Notes under the pieces: generated by a model
Told to the model about the DNA's origin: nothing
Databases searched by the model: none
The model's input: the letters and a program-made list of their open reading frames with translations, nothing else
DNA from: Eledone cirrhosa
Lineage: Eukaryota
DNA: 64,000 nt
NCBI GenBank assembly: GCA_964016885.1
Contig: OZ024740.1
Span: forward strand, 154,504,001-154,568,000
Direction: 5' to 3'
Part shown: one piece after another, positions 35,559 through 48,954 of the stretch
How the letters are laid out: each line of letters begins with the position of its first letter
Position numbering within the stretch: the stretch's first letter is position 1
Program-made: the position numbers and the translations under genes

Positions 35559-35560
<2 letters not shown>
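35367..35560 (+). mobile_element. Non-autonomous hairpin element, second copy of 33908-34100
   Basis: Same palindrome and tail; (TA)n on both sides. Confidence 0.75.
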
Positions 35561-35644
<84 letters not shown>

Positions 35645-36636
35645 AATGATGAAATTATTGTGTACAGTGTGTGTGTGTGCGTGTGTGTGTGTGCGCGCGT
35701 GTGTGTGTGTGTACATACATAATTAATTTACACTATAAAGAATACAAAGAACTCATAATTAATAGGACGTGCGTTTCAATGACTATATTTAGCCATCTCA
35801 TCGGCTATGAATAATGAAGAGTATATATATATACCAACCTAGTTACATACAGGATCTAGTTATGTCTGAGGATCGTGTTAATGATAGAAATGCCTCAGCT
35901 ACTTACTCTATAATTCGATACCACAGCATGGCATTATATGTGTACTTACTCTATAATTCTTTCATTGTTTAAAGATTGTGTTGTGTGTATTGGAAAGTTT
36001 AATGCTGTTTTCTGAAACCTTTTAGAGAATATATTTCATTAACATCACCATCGATCTTACTGCAACGTTTATTAAAGATTATACATTGCAAATTAAATTT
36101 TAATTTTTTTTTTTAATTTAAGCATTTAGTGAATAAACAAATGTGACAATTTCACGAGCAAATACTAACGTGTGTTATTTTCCCCTTTCCTCCCTCAACA
36201 CCCTTGCTTTCCAAGGATTCGCCTAAACTCTCGCTTGACTAACAATGCCGCTCAAGAGTCTACCAGCGTCACCAAATAAGGGGTACTGCCTACATTGGGA
36301 ATCACTTGTTTAAATCCCTACAGTGCCCAGTAGTTTCTTTCAAGGCGAGATGCTCTTTCTCTCTGTCTTTCTTTCCTCATTTCTTTCTCTGACACACTTC
36401 CTACCTCTCTCTCTCTTTCTCTGCACCAAGCTGCATTACTCCCTCTACATTTACTCAACTGTCATATCTGCCTCCCATTAATACCTATCTTCACCTTCAT
36501 AAACAATACATCGTTCTTCTACCATAAAAATGTACCTACTATATTATATTAAGTGGTGGGGCTCGTGCCAATATAAAAAGGTGTTGGGAGTATTGTACTC
36601 CCTAGAAAACTAAATATAATTTCACGAAAAATTAGT

Positions 36637-36720
36637 TGTCAGAAGTGGGATTCGAACCCACGCCGGGAAAACCCGACTGCGACCTGAACGCAGCGCCTTA
36701 GACCGCTCGGCCATCCTGAC
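36637..36720 (-). tRNA. tRNA-Leu(CAG)
   Basis: GTCAGGATGGCCGAGCGGTCTAAGGCGCTGCGTTCAGGTCGCAGTCGGGTTTTCCCGGCGTGGGTTCGAATCCCACTTCTGACA; T5 Pol III terminator 5 nt downstream. Confidence 0.96.
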
Positions 36721-37389
36721 TGCTACATCAACCAACTGACATTATTCATTAATGTAACAAACAGTGATAAGCTGACAGTTTTGATGGATGTGTGTAAATA
36801 TGTGCTTAAACAACATTTAACAGTGTTGCTATAGTGTTGAACAACACACAGTTGTGACCCTTTATCTTCTCATTTCAAATCGTACCGAGGGTAGCCTTGC
36901 CTGTCATTTTTACAGGGTCGATATAGTAAAGTACTAGTAGTGCACTGGGGTCGATTTCATCGACTTTGTCCTCCCCAAAATTGGTGGCCTTGTGCCTAAA
37001 TCAGAAACTATTATTAAGAAAGTCTATTTTCAACCATGAGGTCTGGTGTTCGATACCACAGCATGGCAATTTAGGTGGAATCTATTTTGGCCTTTCATCG
37101 AAGTCTTCTTAATAAAAGTGGATACACAGAGAATGTGCCTATGAATTAATAAACATCTAGATATACACCTCAGTATTTTTCTATAACACTGTCTGTGTGT
37201 GTGTGTATATATACATATATATATGTGTGTGTGTGTGTTTGTGTATATGTTTAGTCGGGTCCCTCTTAATTGTTACTGGCAACATGTAACCCAGTACAAC
37301 CTGTCGCATTGTCGGCTTGTCGGCGACTAAACCGGCAACCCCACCAACTATACTTGGTGAGGAAAATGATTTTGGACACCCTGCAGGAC

Positions 37390-37878
37390 AAAAAGCAAAA
37401 TCTGATAAACGGCTGAAGAACTCATAAGAGGCAACGGCCATCCAGAAATGTGTAAATATGTATATACATATGTATATATGTGTGTATGTATATATGTATA
37501 TAAATGTATACATGTGTATATATATGCTCGGAGACATAGAAATAGTCGGGCTGGTTAGCTGATCACGCGGTTAAACCACTGGGAGTGAAGGACCCCTAGC
37601 CTTTGTCAGGGCATTCTTCTAGGAGAAGGCAACTCAGGAAACTGGGATAACTCTGACATAAAACCTGCGCCTCAGTAGCTACCCCTGATGTTGATATTTT
37701 CTTCTTTTCGGGTTATAGCTACTGTCGCTCAGAGAGTGGGGTTGGCTCAGTGCACAGTCTTTCCTCACTTTCAAAAGAATCTTCACGCACAAGCATTGCA
37801 CGATAGCATTAATTGATAATTATTAATAATGTTATATAGTGCAATAGCCATACTCGATATCGAGGGGGCAGCCATCAT
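37390..37878 (+). mobile_element. Dispersed non-coding repeat resembling an RTE 5' UTR
   Basis: Reverse homologue at 57007-57582; contains CTAGGAGAAGGCAACTC...AAACC. Confidence 0.55.
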
Positions 37879-38644
37879 CATGTATGTGTGTGTGTGTATG
37901 TTTGTGTGGTATGTGTTTGTATACTTACTCGATAGTTCCTTTAATGTTTAAAGATTTTGTTTTATGTATTGGAAAGTGTAATTCAGATTTGTCCCAAAAC
38001 TTTTAGACAAATATTGCTGTTTAGAGAATATATATCAATAACACCAGCCTCGCTCCTACTGTAAAATTAATAAAACTTTATACATTGTAAAACTGTAAAT
38101 TAGATTTTAATATTTTTAATTTGATTTAAGCATTTAGTGAATAAACAAATGTGACAATTTCACGAGCAAATACTAACGTGTGTTATTTTCCCCTTTCCTC
38201 CCTCAACACCCTTGCTTTCCAAGGATTCGCCTAAACTCTCGCTTGACTAACAATGCCGCTCAAGAGTCTACCAGCGTCACCAAATAAGGGGTACTGCCTA
38301 CATTGGGAATCACTTGTTTAAATCCCTACAGTGCCTAGTAGTTTCTTTCAAGGCGAGATGCTCTTTCTCTCTGTCTTTCTTTCCTCATTTCTTTCTCTGA
38401 CACACTTCCTACCTCTCTCTCTCTTTCTCTGCACCAAGCTGCATTACTCCCTCTACATTTACTCAACTGTCATATCTGCCTCCCATTAATACCTATCTTC
38501 ACCTTCATAAACAATACATCGTTCTTCTACCATAAAAATGTACCTACTATATTATATTAAGTGGTGGGGCTCGTGCCAATATAAAAAGGTGTTGGGAGTA
38601 TTGTACTCCCTAGAAAACTAAATATAATTTCACGAAAAATTAGT

Positions 38645-38728
38645 TGTCAGAAGTGGGATTCGAACCCACGCCGGGAAAACCCGACTGCGACCTGAACGCA
38701 GCGCCTTAGACCGCTCGGCCATCCTGAC
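38645..38728 (-). tRNA. tRNA-Leu(CAG)
   Basis: Identical to 36637-36720. Confidence 0.96.
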
Positions 38729-41583
38729 TGCTACATCAACCAACTGACATTATTCATTAATGTAACAAACAGTGATAAGCTGACAGTTTTGATGGATGTG
38801 TGTAAATATGTGCTTAAACAACATTTAACAGTGTTGCTATAGTGTTGAACAACACACAGTTGTGACCCTTTATCTTCTCATTTCAAATCGTACCGAGGGT
38901 AGCCTTGCCTGTCATTTTTACAGGGTCGATATAGTAAAGTACTAGTAATGCACTGGGGTCGATTTCATCGACTTTGTCCTCCCCCAAATTGGTGGCCTTG
39001 TGCCTAAATCAGAAACTATTATTAAGAAAGTCTATTTTCAACCATAAGGTCTGGTGTTCGATACCACAGCATGGCATTATATGTGTACTTACTCTATAAT
39101 TCTTTCATTGTTTAAAGATTGTGTTGTGTGTATTGGAAAGTTTAATGCTGTTTTCCGAAAACTTTTAGAGAATATATTTCATTAACACCACCATCTTACT
39201 GTAAAGTGAATTAAAGATTATTTATTGAAAATTAAATTTTAATATTTTAAATTTGATTTAAATATTTAGTGACAAATATGACAGTTTCACGAGTAAATAC
39301 TAACGTGTGTTATTCTCCCCTTTCCTCCCTCAATACCCTTGCTTTCCAAGGATTCGCCTTAATCCTCACTTGACATTCAATGCCTTTCTTAATTCTCCCA
39401 ACGCCCCCAAATGTGCAATAATGACTATGTTGGGAATCACTGGTTCAAGGTTTCCCAGTAATTTCTTCCATAGTGGGAATTTCTCTCCTCTCTCTCTGTC
39501 TTTCTCTCCCTCACATTCTGGTACGATGATTCTGCCCAAGGATTGCATTACAAGTGTCTTTGGACTATATAGTCATTTACACTAGTGATGAAGTAGTTCC
39601 CTTGATCGATAAAACTAGAATACCTATAGGTAAAACTGTCGTGGGGATCGATTTACACGTGTGCTTATGAACCGAAGTCATCTTTCTGGAATCAATAATA
39701 TAAATTACTAGAATGGTAGTTGATATCATCCACTACTTTTCTCCCTAACAGTTCTTACCTATTACCAAGTACCAAGATGGTTGATTTGGCAGAGTCATTA
39801 GAGCGTGGGATATTTGTTCGGTTCATCCTTTCATGGTCGATAATGTAAGTACTCCTCCAGTGATGGTGCAGCCATCTTTTCTATCGTTTATCACACCCTG
39901 GACGTTCTGCTGGATCAATGGAAGGAGGGTGACGAGGGCTTTTGTATCTGCTAGTGACTACATATTCTCCTAAAGCCCTTAGTGAAAACGTGTTAGATAT
40001 TACTAAGTCATACTCGATTGTTGTAGACCTATATAATTAGATAATGTCTTTCATGTGACATTAAGCAACTGAGAGTACATAACCCTTGGATGGGACACCA
40101 GTCTGTCATAATGTTAACTCCCATCAGTTGGTGCTAGTATTCTAGTTTTCAGATTAGTAAACTGAAGTAACGTCAACTTAAGTGTCTTACTTCACCTAAC
40201 AATTGGTCATCCGGTCCAGTGATCGATCCCACGACCTTACGTATCTCCACTGCACTTATGTGAGAAATCAATATTCATACATCGCCTCTACCTACTAAAT
40301 GGAGAGGTCTTTGTTTTTTTTATTGATATTTTTGTTGTAGTTATTTTTGTAATAACGATTTCTTCTATTGGGAAAGAGTTACAACTATACCCAACTCCCA
40401 AAATAGCTCTATTAGGTGTTTACAAACATGTATTACATATTGACATCTCAATATAATAAATAAAAAAGCCACTGCATATACCCAAGGTGCAAAGGTCTGA
40501 CTTCGTGTCTACAGTAAAAATATGCCATAGCAATAAAACTATTGGAATAATAAGATAAAATGATATACGTAAATATATGTGTGTATATTTCCGAATGTGA
40601 AAACAAATTTAATGTCTAAAAACATATTAAATGTTTGGCATAGGATAATATTGAGATTATAAAGCCCAGGTTATGTTCAACCAATCACATAACTGTCAAG
40701 GTATTGATCGGTTGTGGAGACTTATTGCTTTGTCCTTTAGGATGACCTTTAGTTCAGCACATGATTTGTCAAAAGTAGTGTAATAAACAGAGAGTAACCT
40801 TATAATCTTAGCAAGTCTAAACATATTTCAAACATAGCAATGTATTTTAAATGTTAGAAATACTTTCACTAACTGACTTATCATGTATTGTATAGAGTTT
40901 GAAATAATTTAAATGTAGATGTATGTGCAGTTAGGCTTGTGTAAAGCTGATAATAGGCCCAGGGCAGGTGTAAATTGTAGGCTCCATTTCAAACTGCTCG
41001 TTAAGTATTTTAGTAATCAATACTAAATACAAGTGATTTATATATAGGTCACGGACATATGCATGTAGTGTACTTGGTATACTTAGATCTAACAGAAGAA
41101 AAGGAACGAATTAGAGATTAAGAGGATTAAGACCCTCAAAATTATAGGACATATCAACTGACTCACCTGCATCCCTCTCTTCTGACATGTGTCTAGGAGA
41201 GTATATGGAATAGATGACGTATCAGACTTGTTCTTTCCAATTATGGCACTATATTTCATGTTTTCCTAGTTGCTGGATAGGTCCTGTAGCTTTTTTTTTT
41301 TTTAGAAATTTACATATAGAGAAACTAGCGTCTTATACGCTGAATGATTTACCTCTGATTAAATCTACAGCAGTCGTTGTTAAGTAAGTACCTTTTAGAG
41401 ATAAAACCCCAAATGCATAAAGAAAATAGAGTTTTTACTCCCAAACCCATCTAAAGCCAGTATTGACCCATCCGTTGCAGTACGTATATGTACACACACA
41501 CACACGCGCGCGCGCGCACACGCACACACATACATACGCACATATAACGATTTCATTTCTATCATTGCCTGCGGTATATCCAA

Positions 41584-42334
41584 TCTATATATATAAAGCT
41601 GTGGTTGTCTGTCTGTCTGTCTATCGATTTTTGGCACACATCTCCTCTTAGAATCTCTGACGGAATTGCACCGAAATTGCTATACTTGTACATTGAGCCC
41701 TAGCGAAGACATCGGAAAAAAAATATTTCAAATTGACCCACCCTATGTGACGAAATCGAATCTAATGTATCGATTTTTGAGCGTAAGTGACGAGTTATTT
41801 CCCTTTGTTCTATATATATAAAGCTGTGGTTGTCTGTCTGTCTATCGATTTTTGGCACACATCTCCTCTTAGAATCTCTGACGGAATTGCACCGAAATTG
41901 CTATACTTGTACATTGAGCCCTAGCGAAGACATCGGAAAAAAAAATTTCAAATTGACCCACCCTATGTGACGAAATCGAATCTAATGTATCGATTTTTGA
42001 GCGTAAGTGACGAGTTATTTCCCTTTGTTCTGTTTACATTGAGCGTCTTACGTTGTTTTTCTCTGCGTTGCAGTGTTTACATTTTCGATCTTTGTTAATA
42101 AATAACCAGTGCAGTTTTTATCCCCAACATCCTCTTTTGTTATAACATTCGGGTTGTCGTTATGTTTTCTTAACTTCATAAGGCATACTGTTGGTTGAGG
42201 GAAAATTAATCAAAAAAACAACATGCAAGTCTGCACAGTAGACACTACAGTTTTTAAGCCAAAAAAGAAACTTAACATTGTAACTTTAACACAGCTACTG
42301 AGCGACCCCGAGCAACGCCGGGCTTTACTGCTAG
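41584..42334 (+). mobile_element. Non-autonomous Helitron with duplicated 5' end
   Basis: A|TC 5' terminus, 3' hairpin CCCGAGCAACGCCGGG then CTAG|T; first ~225 bp tandemly repeated (41584-41808 and 41809-42030). Confidence 0.85.
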
Positions 42335-44289
42335 TATAATATATAAACGTAGAGATTCTAGTTGTCAAAGACCTCTAGTGAAATATTTCCAAGTTTATAC
42401 AAAGTATTGCAGCTATAATTCTATGTGAAACATATTTATTTATTATTAACGTTGTAAGGGTGGTGTATTGGCAGTATCGGTAGAGCGTCGAACATTCTCT
42501 GTAGCATAGAGATACAGCCCTTTACGTTGAACAACAAGGTTAGCTTTGCCTTTCATCATTACGGGGTCGATAAAATAAAGTATTGGGATCGATATAATCA
42601 ACTTTCCTCTCCCTACAAATTGCTCGTCTTGAGTCTAAATTATAAATTATTAATTTTGTGGTGTCGCTAATGACTGGATGTTTGTATTTATTTGTAATGT
42701 AATGAAGCAGGCGTCAAACAGCTACATTTTGTTCTAGCTCTTTTCATTGTTGTTTAGCCCCTTATCAGCCTTCAGTAGACCTAACATTAAAGTCTTTCCA
42801 ACCAATACCATCTCTTGAGTACTGCGTATCCAGAACTACATTATTCAGTGTATTCTACCTTTTTAAAGGTGGAAAGGTACAATTTGATGGAGACTGTGTT
42901 GTTATTTCTAGTTGGTCGATTGATCAGATCTTGTTTGAGCCAGGTCGTCCCTGATTGTGTACGCATTCTAGCCATGCCTATTTTTCTAGATAAGGAATAG
43001 AGGGGCAACGAAGATCATGGGGACATCCATACCCTAAAACAAGTCCTCGTTTTTCTAAGACAGTAGATATGTTTAGCTATTTTCACAGATCAAATTACCA
43101 CGTAGAGGATACATTGCCTCACCAAAATATGTATTGCAAGTGAGAGGTGGTAAATGTCTCAACTGACTAATTTGAAACAAATCAGTATTTATTTTTATAC
43201 TGAATGTTACTTGTTGATCATTTGTGTTATAAAGATAAATAGAAGTTATAAATTATTGTTGTTTGTAGTATTAGGAAGGAGTGTTTTGACTAATGTACAT
43301 GTCTGTATTTCTGAACAAAATATATTTCAAATGGCTCAGGTTCGTTGAAATATACGTATTACAAGGAAACAACTGTACAATTGGTTAACGGTAATAAGGT
43401 CACACTAAAAGGGTTACAAGAAAAATATATTTTCATTAAAATACCATTGACAATAAAATATAATGGAGGTACATTTGGTGATAGGAATGGATTAGTTGAT
43501 TAAATTAACCCTACTTTATTTTATTGAATCTAGGAAGATGAAAGGCAAGTTTGATTTCAGCGGAATTTGAACTCAGACTGTAAAGAACTGGAATAAATAC
43601 TGGAAGGTATTTTGTCCGATGTTCTAACGATTCTAACAATTCACAACATTAATCTTTTCCTTACCATATTTCTAAGGAAACTGATTTTCAACTAATTTTT
43701 TTAAATAATCACGAATTTGTTGGAATTTTGTGACATAACTTATTTCCAATCATTAAGCTGGTGTTTGGAACATAACAAATTTTCTTATATAAAATTATAA
43801 AGGCAAGATTTTAGATAAATGAAACCACTATGATATAGACGGTTTTGTATCATAGAACAGGGCGGTTTCATGCAGTTTGGTATCGGAAGGATTAAATACT
43901 ATGAACAATAAGTTATGGTATTTAAATCAAGAATTCAAGAGAGTGTGTCGCTTTTTTGCAAAGGCTACTACAACATATATCAATTGTACAATAATTGAGT
44001 GGATTCAGTTCACTTGTTTCCGTCTCATCGGTTTATATCTCCGATTTTATGTAGCTACATTATAGTTAATATGCGTTGTAGTAACCTTTGAAAAAAAAAA
44101 CATTCTCTTAAATGTCAATCTTACTATCCGCTCCTTAAGTTTTATTGAAGTTCTCCTGTAATATTTTTTCCGCCATTTTCCCTGGATTCTGTTTATTATT
44201 TTGTAGTACTGAGCTCAGCACCCTCCAAAAGTCGTGCGTCACATACCAAAACGAATAAGTGACGTACCACATGTTACAACTACACCATA

Positions 44290-44475
44290 TAATTGTTTCT
44301 ACTTTTGGCACAAGGCCAGCAATTATCCAGTGCATTACTGCTACATTATTTTATCGACCCCGTAAGGATGAAAGGCAAAGTTAACCTCGGCTGGATTTGA
44401 ACTCAGAATGGCAAGGGCCGTAACTCTATGCGTCAAAGCATGGCGTCCGACCCTCTACCGAGACTGCCAATCCAC
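44290..44475 (-). mobile_element. Dominant-family SINE
   Basis: Core and tail motifs. Confidence 0.88.
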
Positions 44476-44639
44476 TGAAAGATCGTTATGGTTTGAACGT
44501 CACGGGTGGAATGCTTTATTCAAAAGTCGATTCGATCCCACTTAACCTAGGTCTTAAAAACAACAACTACTAATAATAATTGTTTCTACTTTTAGCACAA
44601 GGCCAGCAATTATCCCAGTGTATTACTGAACAAAATCGA

Positions 44640-46958
44640 GTAAAAATAAATTAACAAACATCAATAAACAAGAGAATTACAACAATGAAAATTCCCCAAT
44701 AGGGACGAGAACCACACAGAGGCGACTCAGGAACACCACCAATCCTGAACCACCCGACGCTCCAAGAGCACCTGAGGAGCGGTAGGTGCCCCTTTCCTTT
44801 CAAATCAGCCAGCCTATGGTTAGAGTATGTCCATTCACACGGGCCATCTTCGCAACGTTCATCTACCGTTTAGCAAATTTACTGGGGAGCAGACCTTCCA
44901 TTTTAACTTCACCTTCCTTTCCAAGTGAAAAAGTTAATGAGGGATTGACTGAAGGGTAACGTGTCTGTCTTCAGTCCCTTTGTCCTGGTCTACCACACAA
45001 TTTCTTTCGTTACAGCCACCAGACAGAGGAAAGATGCCTACCCTTCCCGGCTAAAAGAAGGCGGTGGGACGATCTTCACTATGGAGTCGGTCAATAGAAG
45101 GATCTGTTCTACACGCGATAACAGCTATTCGTCATAACTCCACATGTTGGTAATGCAAGGACCCTGGACGAGTGCATGCAGATCAGTTTCGTCGTTCTGC
45201 ACGCATCTCAGTAATAGATGACGGATGCGATGGATGCGTTCGTCACCTCTGCTCAAACCTTTCGGGGATAGCTTCCTCTCAGCCCATTTCTAGCTGAGAA
45301 TAGCCACCCTGCTCGTTACCTCGTCCCAGATCTTATCCACCTGGAGGTTTGGTCTGAACCAGACCCCGAGCAATTTCACCGGTACATCCGTCAAGCGTCC
45401 GACAACGCTGCTGACCGGCATGGGTGTGCCTCTCCAGGTAGTGAGCTGCAAACCCACCGACTTTTCTGAGTTCAGTTTTGCTGCAGTCAACTTTTCATAT
45501 TCCTCTAAAAAGATACCGACCACATCGATTTCCGTGATGTTCGACATCATCGCGGTGATGTCCGCATATACCGACGCAGCCCTTCCACGACCCAGTTCGA
45601 GCGGGAAGCCCTGCAACAGCTCCAGCTTCTGCTGTAAAGGCTCGAAAGTTAATATGTACTGAAGGAAAGAGAGAGGGCACCCTTACCGGACCGATCACGT
45701 GATCTGAAACGATTCCGAAAGGTGGCCATTTACTTTGACCACCGAACAGATGCTGCTGTGCATTGCAGCGATCCAGCCTCTGAATTGGGGCTGAAGCCAA
45801 CTACCTTGATGACCGCCTCCAGGTATCGAGGGTCTACCTTATCGAAAGCTTTCGATTGATCTAAATTGATCATAACCCCACTGAAGCCAGGTTTACTCGC
45901 TACCCTGTCTATGATGTATCGCCTGAGGTGGAAGTTGTCATGTATGGAACTGGTTGGGTTGTACAAATTTGCGCCTCCCCTACGACGACAAGCATACCCT
46001 CGACGACAAGCGACAATCTCTTCACTAACACCTTGGCCAAATTCTTAAACTCTGTTTAGCAGAGTTATGTGCCTGAAATTCTCTAGAGCGTCCCTCTCGT
46101 TCTCGTTTTCCTCATCAGCATTACTATGTCCCGGCTCACAGAACTGAGAACACTCCCGTTCTGCTGCCAGTTACAGTAGACCGATTCGAGGAGATCGGAG
46201 AACGAGTCTGGCATATTTACGTAAAACTCGTAGGGAACACCATTCAAACCGGGTCACTTGCGCCTCGTGCAGCCGACCAGGACATCCGGAATTTCTACTG
46301 ATGTTATCGGCCTTTCGCAGCACTGAAGCATCGGATGGCGAGAGTCACGGAAGGCCGTCAAAATAGGAACTGAAGTCCACTATCGTCTCCGACTCCTCGC
46401 TCCCCGCGAACAGTCGAGAAAGTCATGGCGAAAGGCTGCACACATCTGCGTGGAACCGTTCAGCACGCGTTCGTCTCGATCCGTCAAAGACCAAATCGTG
46501 TTTTGTTACCATGATGCGCTTCCGCCACTCAGGCCCATCAAACAGCTTTCGTTCCCTGATTTCTTAGAGTATACACCTTAGATCTGACAATGCAACCTTC
46601 GTGTTTCGCATTGAAGAAACCTTCTTTACTAAAAGCTAGTGACGACCCCATTTTCATCAACTTACACTTAATTAAAGTGGCGACCCGGTTGCTGAAGACT
46701 TTAAGCACCGGGAATGCTATGTTAAGCTTCCAATAACCAGATCCAAGCCTACATGCTCTGTCTATGTCAACCATGCAGATCACAAATTTGTGATCTTAAT
46801 AAGCGATCTTCGAAAATGTGGATAACCTATTCTAACGTTATCTGCTAACCTAACGAAAATCCTATCTATATACGATATAGATGACCCTATATAGTTGGTC
46901 CAGATCCACAATCGTTCATTAGGGAAATCTAGTGGGTACCTTCCAGACAGTTGAAACT
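44640..46958 (-). pseudogene. Decayed, 5'-truncated and internally deleted L1/Tx1-like ORF2 plus 3' UTR
   Basis: LGSGYWKLN, FFNAKHEGCIVR, SIHDNFHL, LDQSKAFDKVD, YADIT, VKLLGVWF; colinear with 50830-53870. Confidence 0.9.
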
Positions 46959-46972
46959 ATTTTTTTATTATC

Positions 46973-47191
46973 ATTATTATTGACATTGAGGGCGGTGGAT
47001 TGGCAGTATCGGTAGAGGGTCGGACGCCAGGCTTTCCAGCATAGTTACGTCCCTTTACGATCTGAGTTCAAATCCCGCCGAGGTTGACTTTGTCTTTCAT
47101 CCTTACGGGGTCGATAAAATAAAGTACAAGTAATGCACTGGGTAATTGCTGGCCTTGTGCCTAAAAGTAGAAACAATTATTATTGACATTG
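46973..47191 (+). mobile_element. Full-length dominant-family SINE with 16-bp TSD
   Basis: ATTATTATTGACATTG at 46973-46988 and 47176-47191. Confidence 0.9.
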
Positions 47192-47194
47192 TTG

Positions 47195-47490
47195 ACTTTG
47201 TGGTTAGGGTATTCGGCAGACGACCTTATGGTCGTGAGTTCGATTCCCGGTGGCGCGTTGCGACCTTGAGCAAGACACTATTTCACGCTGCTCCAGTCCA
47301 CTCAGCTGGCAAAAATGAGCTGGACCTGAAATTCGAAGGGCTAGACATGTCACATTCTGTGTCATGCTGAATCTCCCTGAGAACTACGTTATGGGTACGC
47401 GTGTTTGCGGAATGCTCTGTTCACGAACAGGCTGTCCGTTGATCGTATCAACAGGAATACTCGTCGTCGTAACCGACGGAGTGCCACTAC
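47195..47490 (+). mobile_element. tRNA-derived SINE (second family)
   Basis: TGTGGTTAGGGTATTCGGC...GAGTTCGATTCCCGG; body similar to 293-760. Confidence 0.7.
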
Positions 47491-48224
47491 TAATATTATT
47501 TATTATTATTACTGTTGTTGTTGTTTATGTTTTGTATATATTATCGTTATTCTCTTGCGAGTGTAAAAATTGTTGATGGTAGAATTTCTGGGCGCGCTGC
47601 AGAAAAATTGCTTATAGTATTTTAATTGTGTTCATGGGAAGTGATTTGCTCCGTCATTTCTCCATTAAAAACGAAATTACTCGTCTACAAAACTATTAGA
47701 AGTAAAAATTTTAAAACTAAGACCACATACTAAGATCAGTGGAACTCCTGTGCCAGTTTTAGAATCTTGGTCTTTCGATTGTTTGTGCGATATTCTTAGC
47801 AATAACATCTGTTCATTTAACCGTGAGTCTTCATTTATACACACTTAATGTTTGTTTTTTTTTTCTTCTTTAACTGGACAGTGAAGATATTACAAATGCA
47901 AGGTGTCAACTATTTTAACCAAGCATACCCATTGTTATAAGTAAATCTATAACAATAGCTCTCACTCAATGACATCTGAAGACACTTCATGCCATTTGCT
48001 GTCAACGGATGACACATGGCGATTGTGAAGTGTCTGTATATCCAGATGCAGTTATAGAAATAATGTTGTAAAATGTTTGAGAGAAACTAAGGGGGATTAT
48101 CGATGCCAGTATTAATCAGTGGCCCAGTGGGTAGGTATTAGAGACAGTGGAAATTCTGGTCTGGGGTTCAATCCTTGTCAGTAGATAAACATAGGAAGTC
48201 TTACTAAACTTTTAATTTAGTCTA

Positions 48225-48748
48225 TTGTGTAGATCGCCTTGCTGTCATCCTTTAGAGAGGAAGGACAGCCAGTATTTATTTGCCTACTGGCCATGGCCAA
48301 AGTGATCGTGTGGTGGACGCGTTTGAAAGTGTTGAAGACAAGCACTTACCTCTTCGACGAAGCCCTGATTAACTTTTTCATGTTTCAATTGAAGAGGAAA
48401 GTCAAGGTGGAGAGGGAAGTGACAGTTTGTTGAAAGGTGGGTGAGAGTGGTGTGCATGGTCCGTGTGAATGGACCTTCCTTGAATATATACCTGTAGATT
48501 AGAGAACAACTGGGAGGGGGCATTTTGCCCTAGCGGACAGGGTGTGGGTGGGTCTTCTCCACGAGTGACCTTCGAAGTCTCCCCACCTTTGGGGAATTTG
48601 TTATGTTTGTTTTTTAAGTGTTTATTTTCTTAGTCTCTGTTATAAATTTTATTTTACACAAAAAGCCCAAACAGTTCCGTCTTTAATGTTTACTTAATGT
48701 GAACTATGTGTGACTAATAAAGAAATTATTATTATTATTATTATTATT
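48225..48748 (+). mobile_element. L1/Tx1-like 3' fragment with AATAAA and (ATT)n tail
   Basis: SSFREEGQPVFICLLAMAKVIVWWTRLK...LINFF is homologous to 53455-53630. Confidence 0.88.
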
Positions 48749-48954
48749 GGTCTAATCGGACGTATTTTGCTCGCTCCCAGTAAGTCGCTTTATTTGCCTG
48801 TTAAAATTATTTGTTATTAAATATTTCTTGTTGTGTAAGGGATATAAGCCCTTAGACTTTGCCTTGTGAAGGGGAAAGTATAATATTTGGGCCTTTTGGC
48901 CCAAATATTTGAACTTTTTTTACATTTAAAAAAATTTACGGAGAAAAAAAAAAC

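Larger units (their letters stand above)
36116..39076. repeat. Recent duplication: 36116-37068 repeated at 38124-39076 (offset 2008 bp)
   Basis: ~950 bp with only about four differences seen; 35915-36310 also recurs, more diverged, at 39057-39440. Confidence 0.93.

Noticed and set aside
29531-35726. Poly-Tyr, poly-Thr, poly-Lys and (IY)n short ORFs
   Set aside because: Translations of (TAG)n, (TTC)n and (TA)n microsatellites; likewise the (CV)n, (HT)n and (ER)n ORFs elsewhere.
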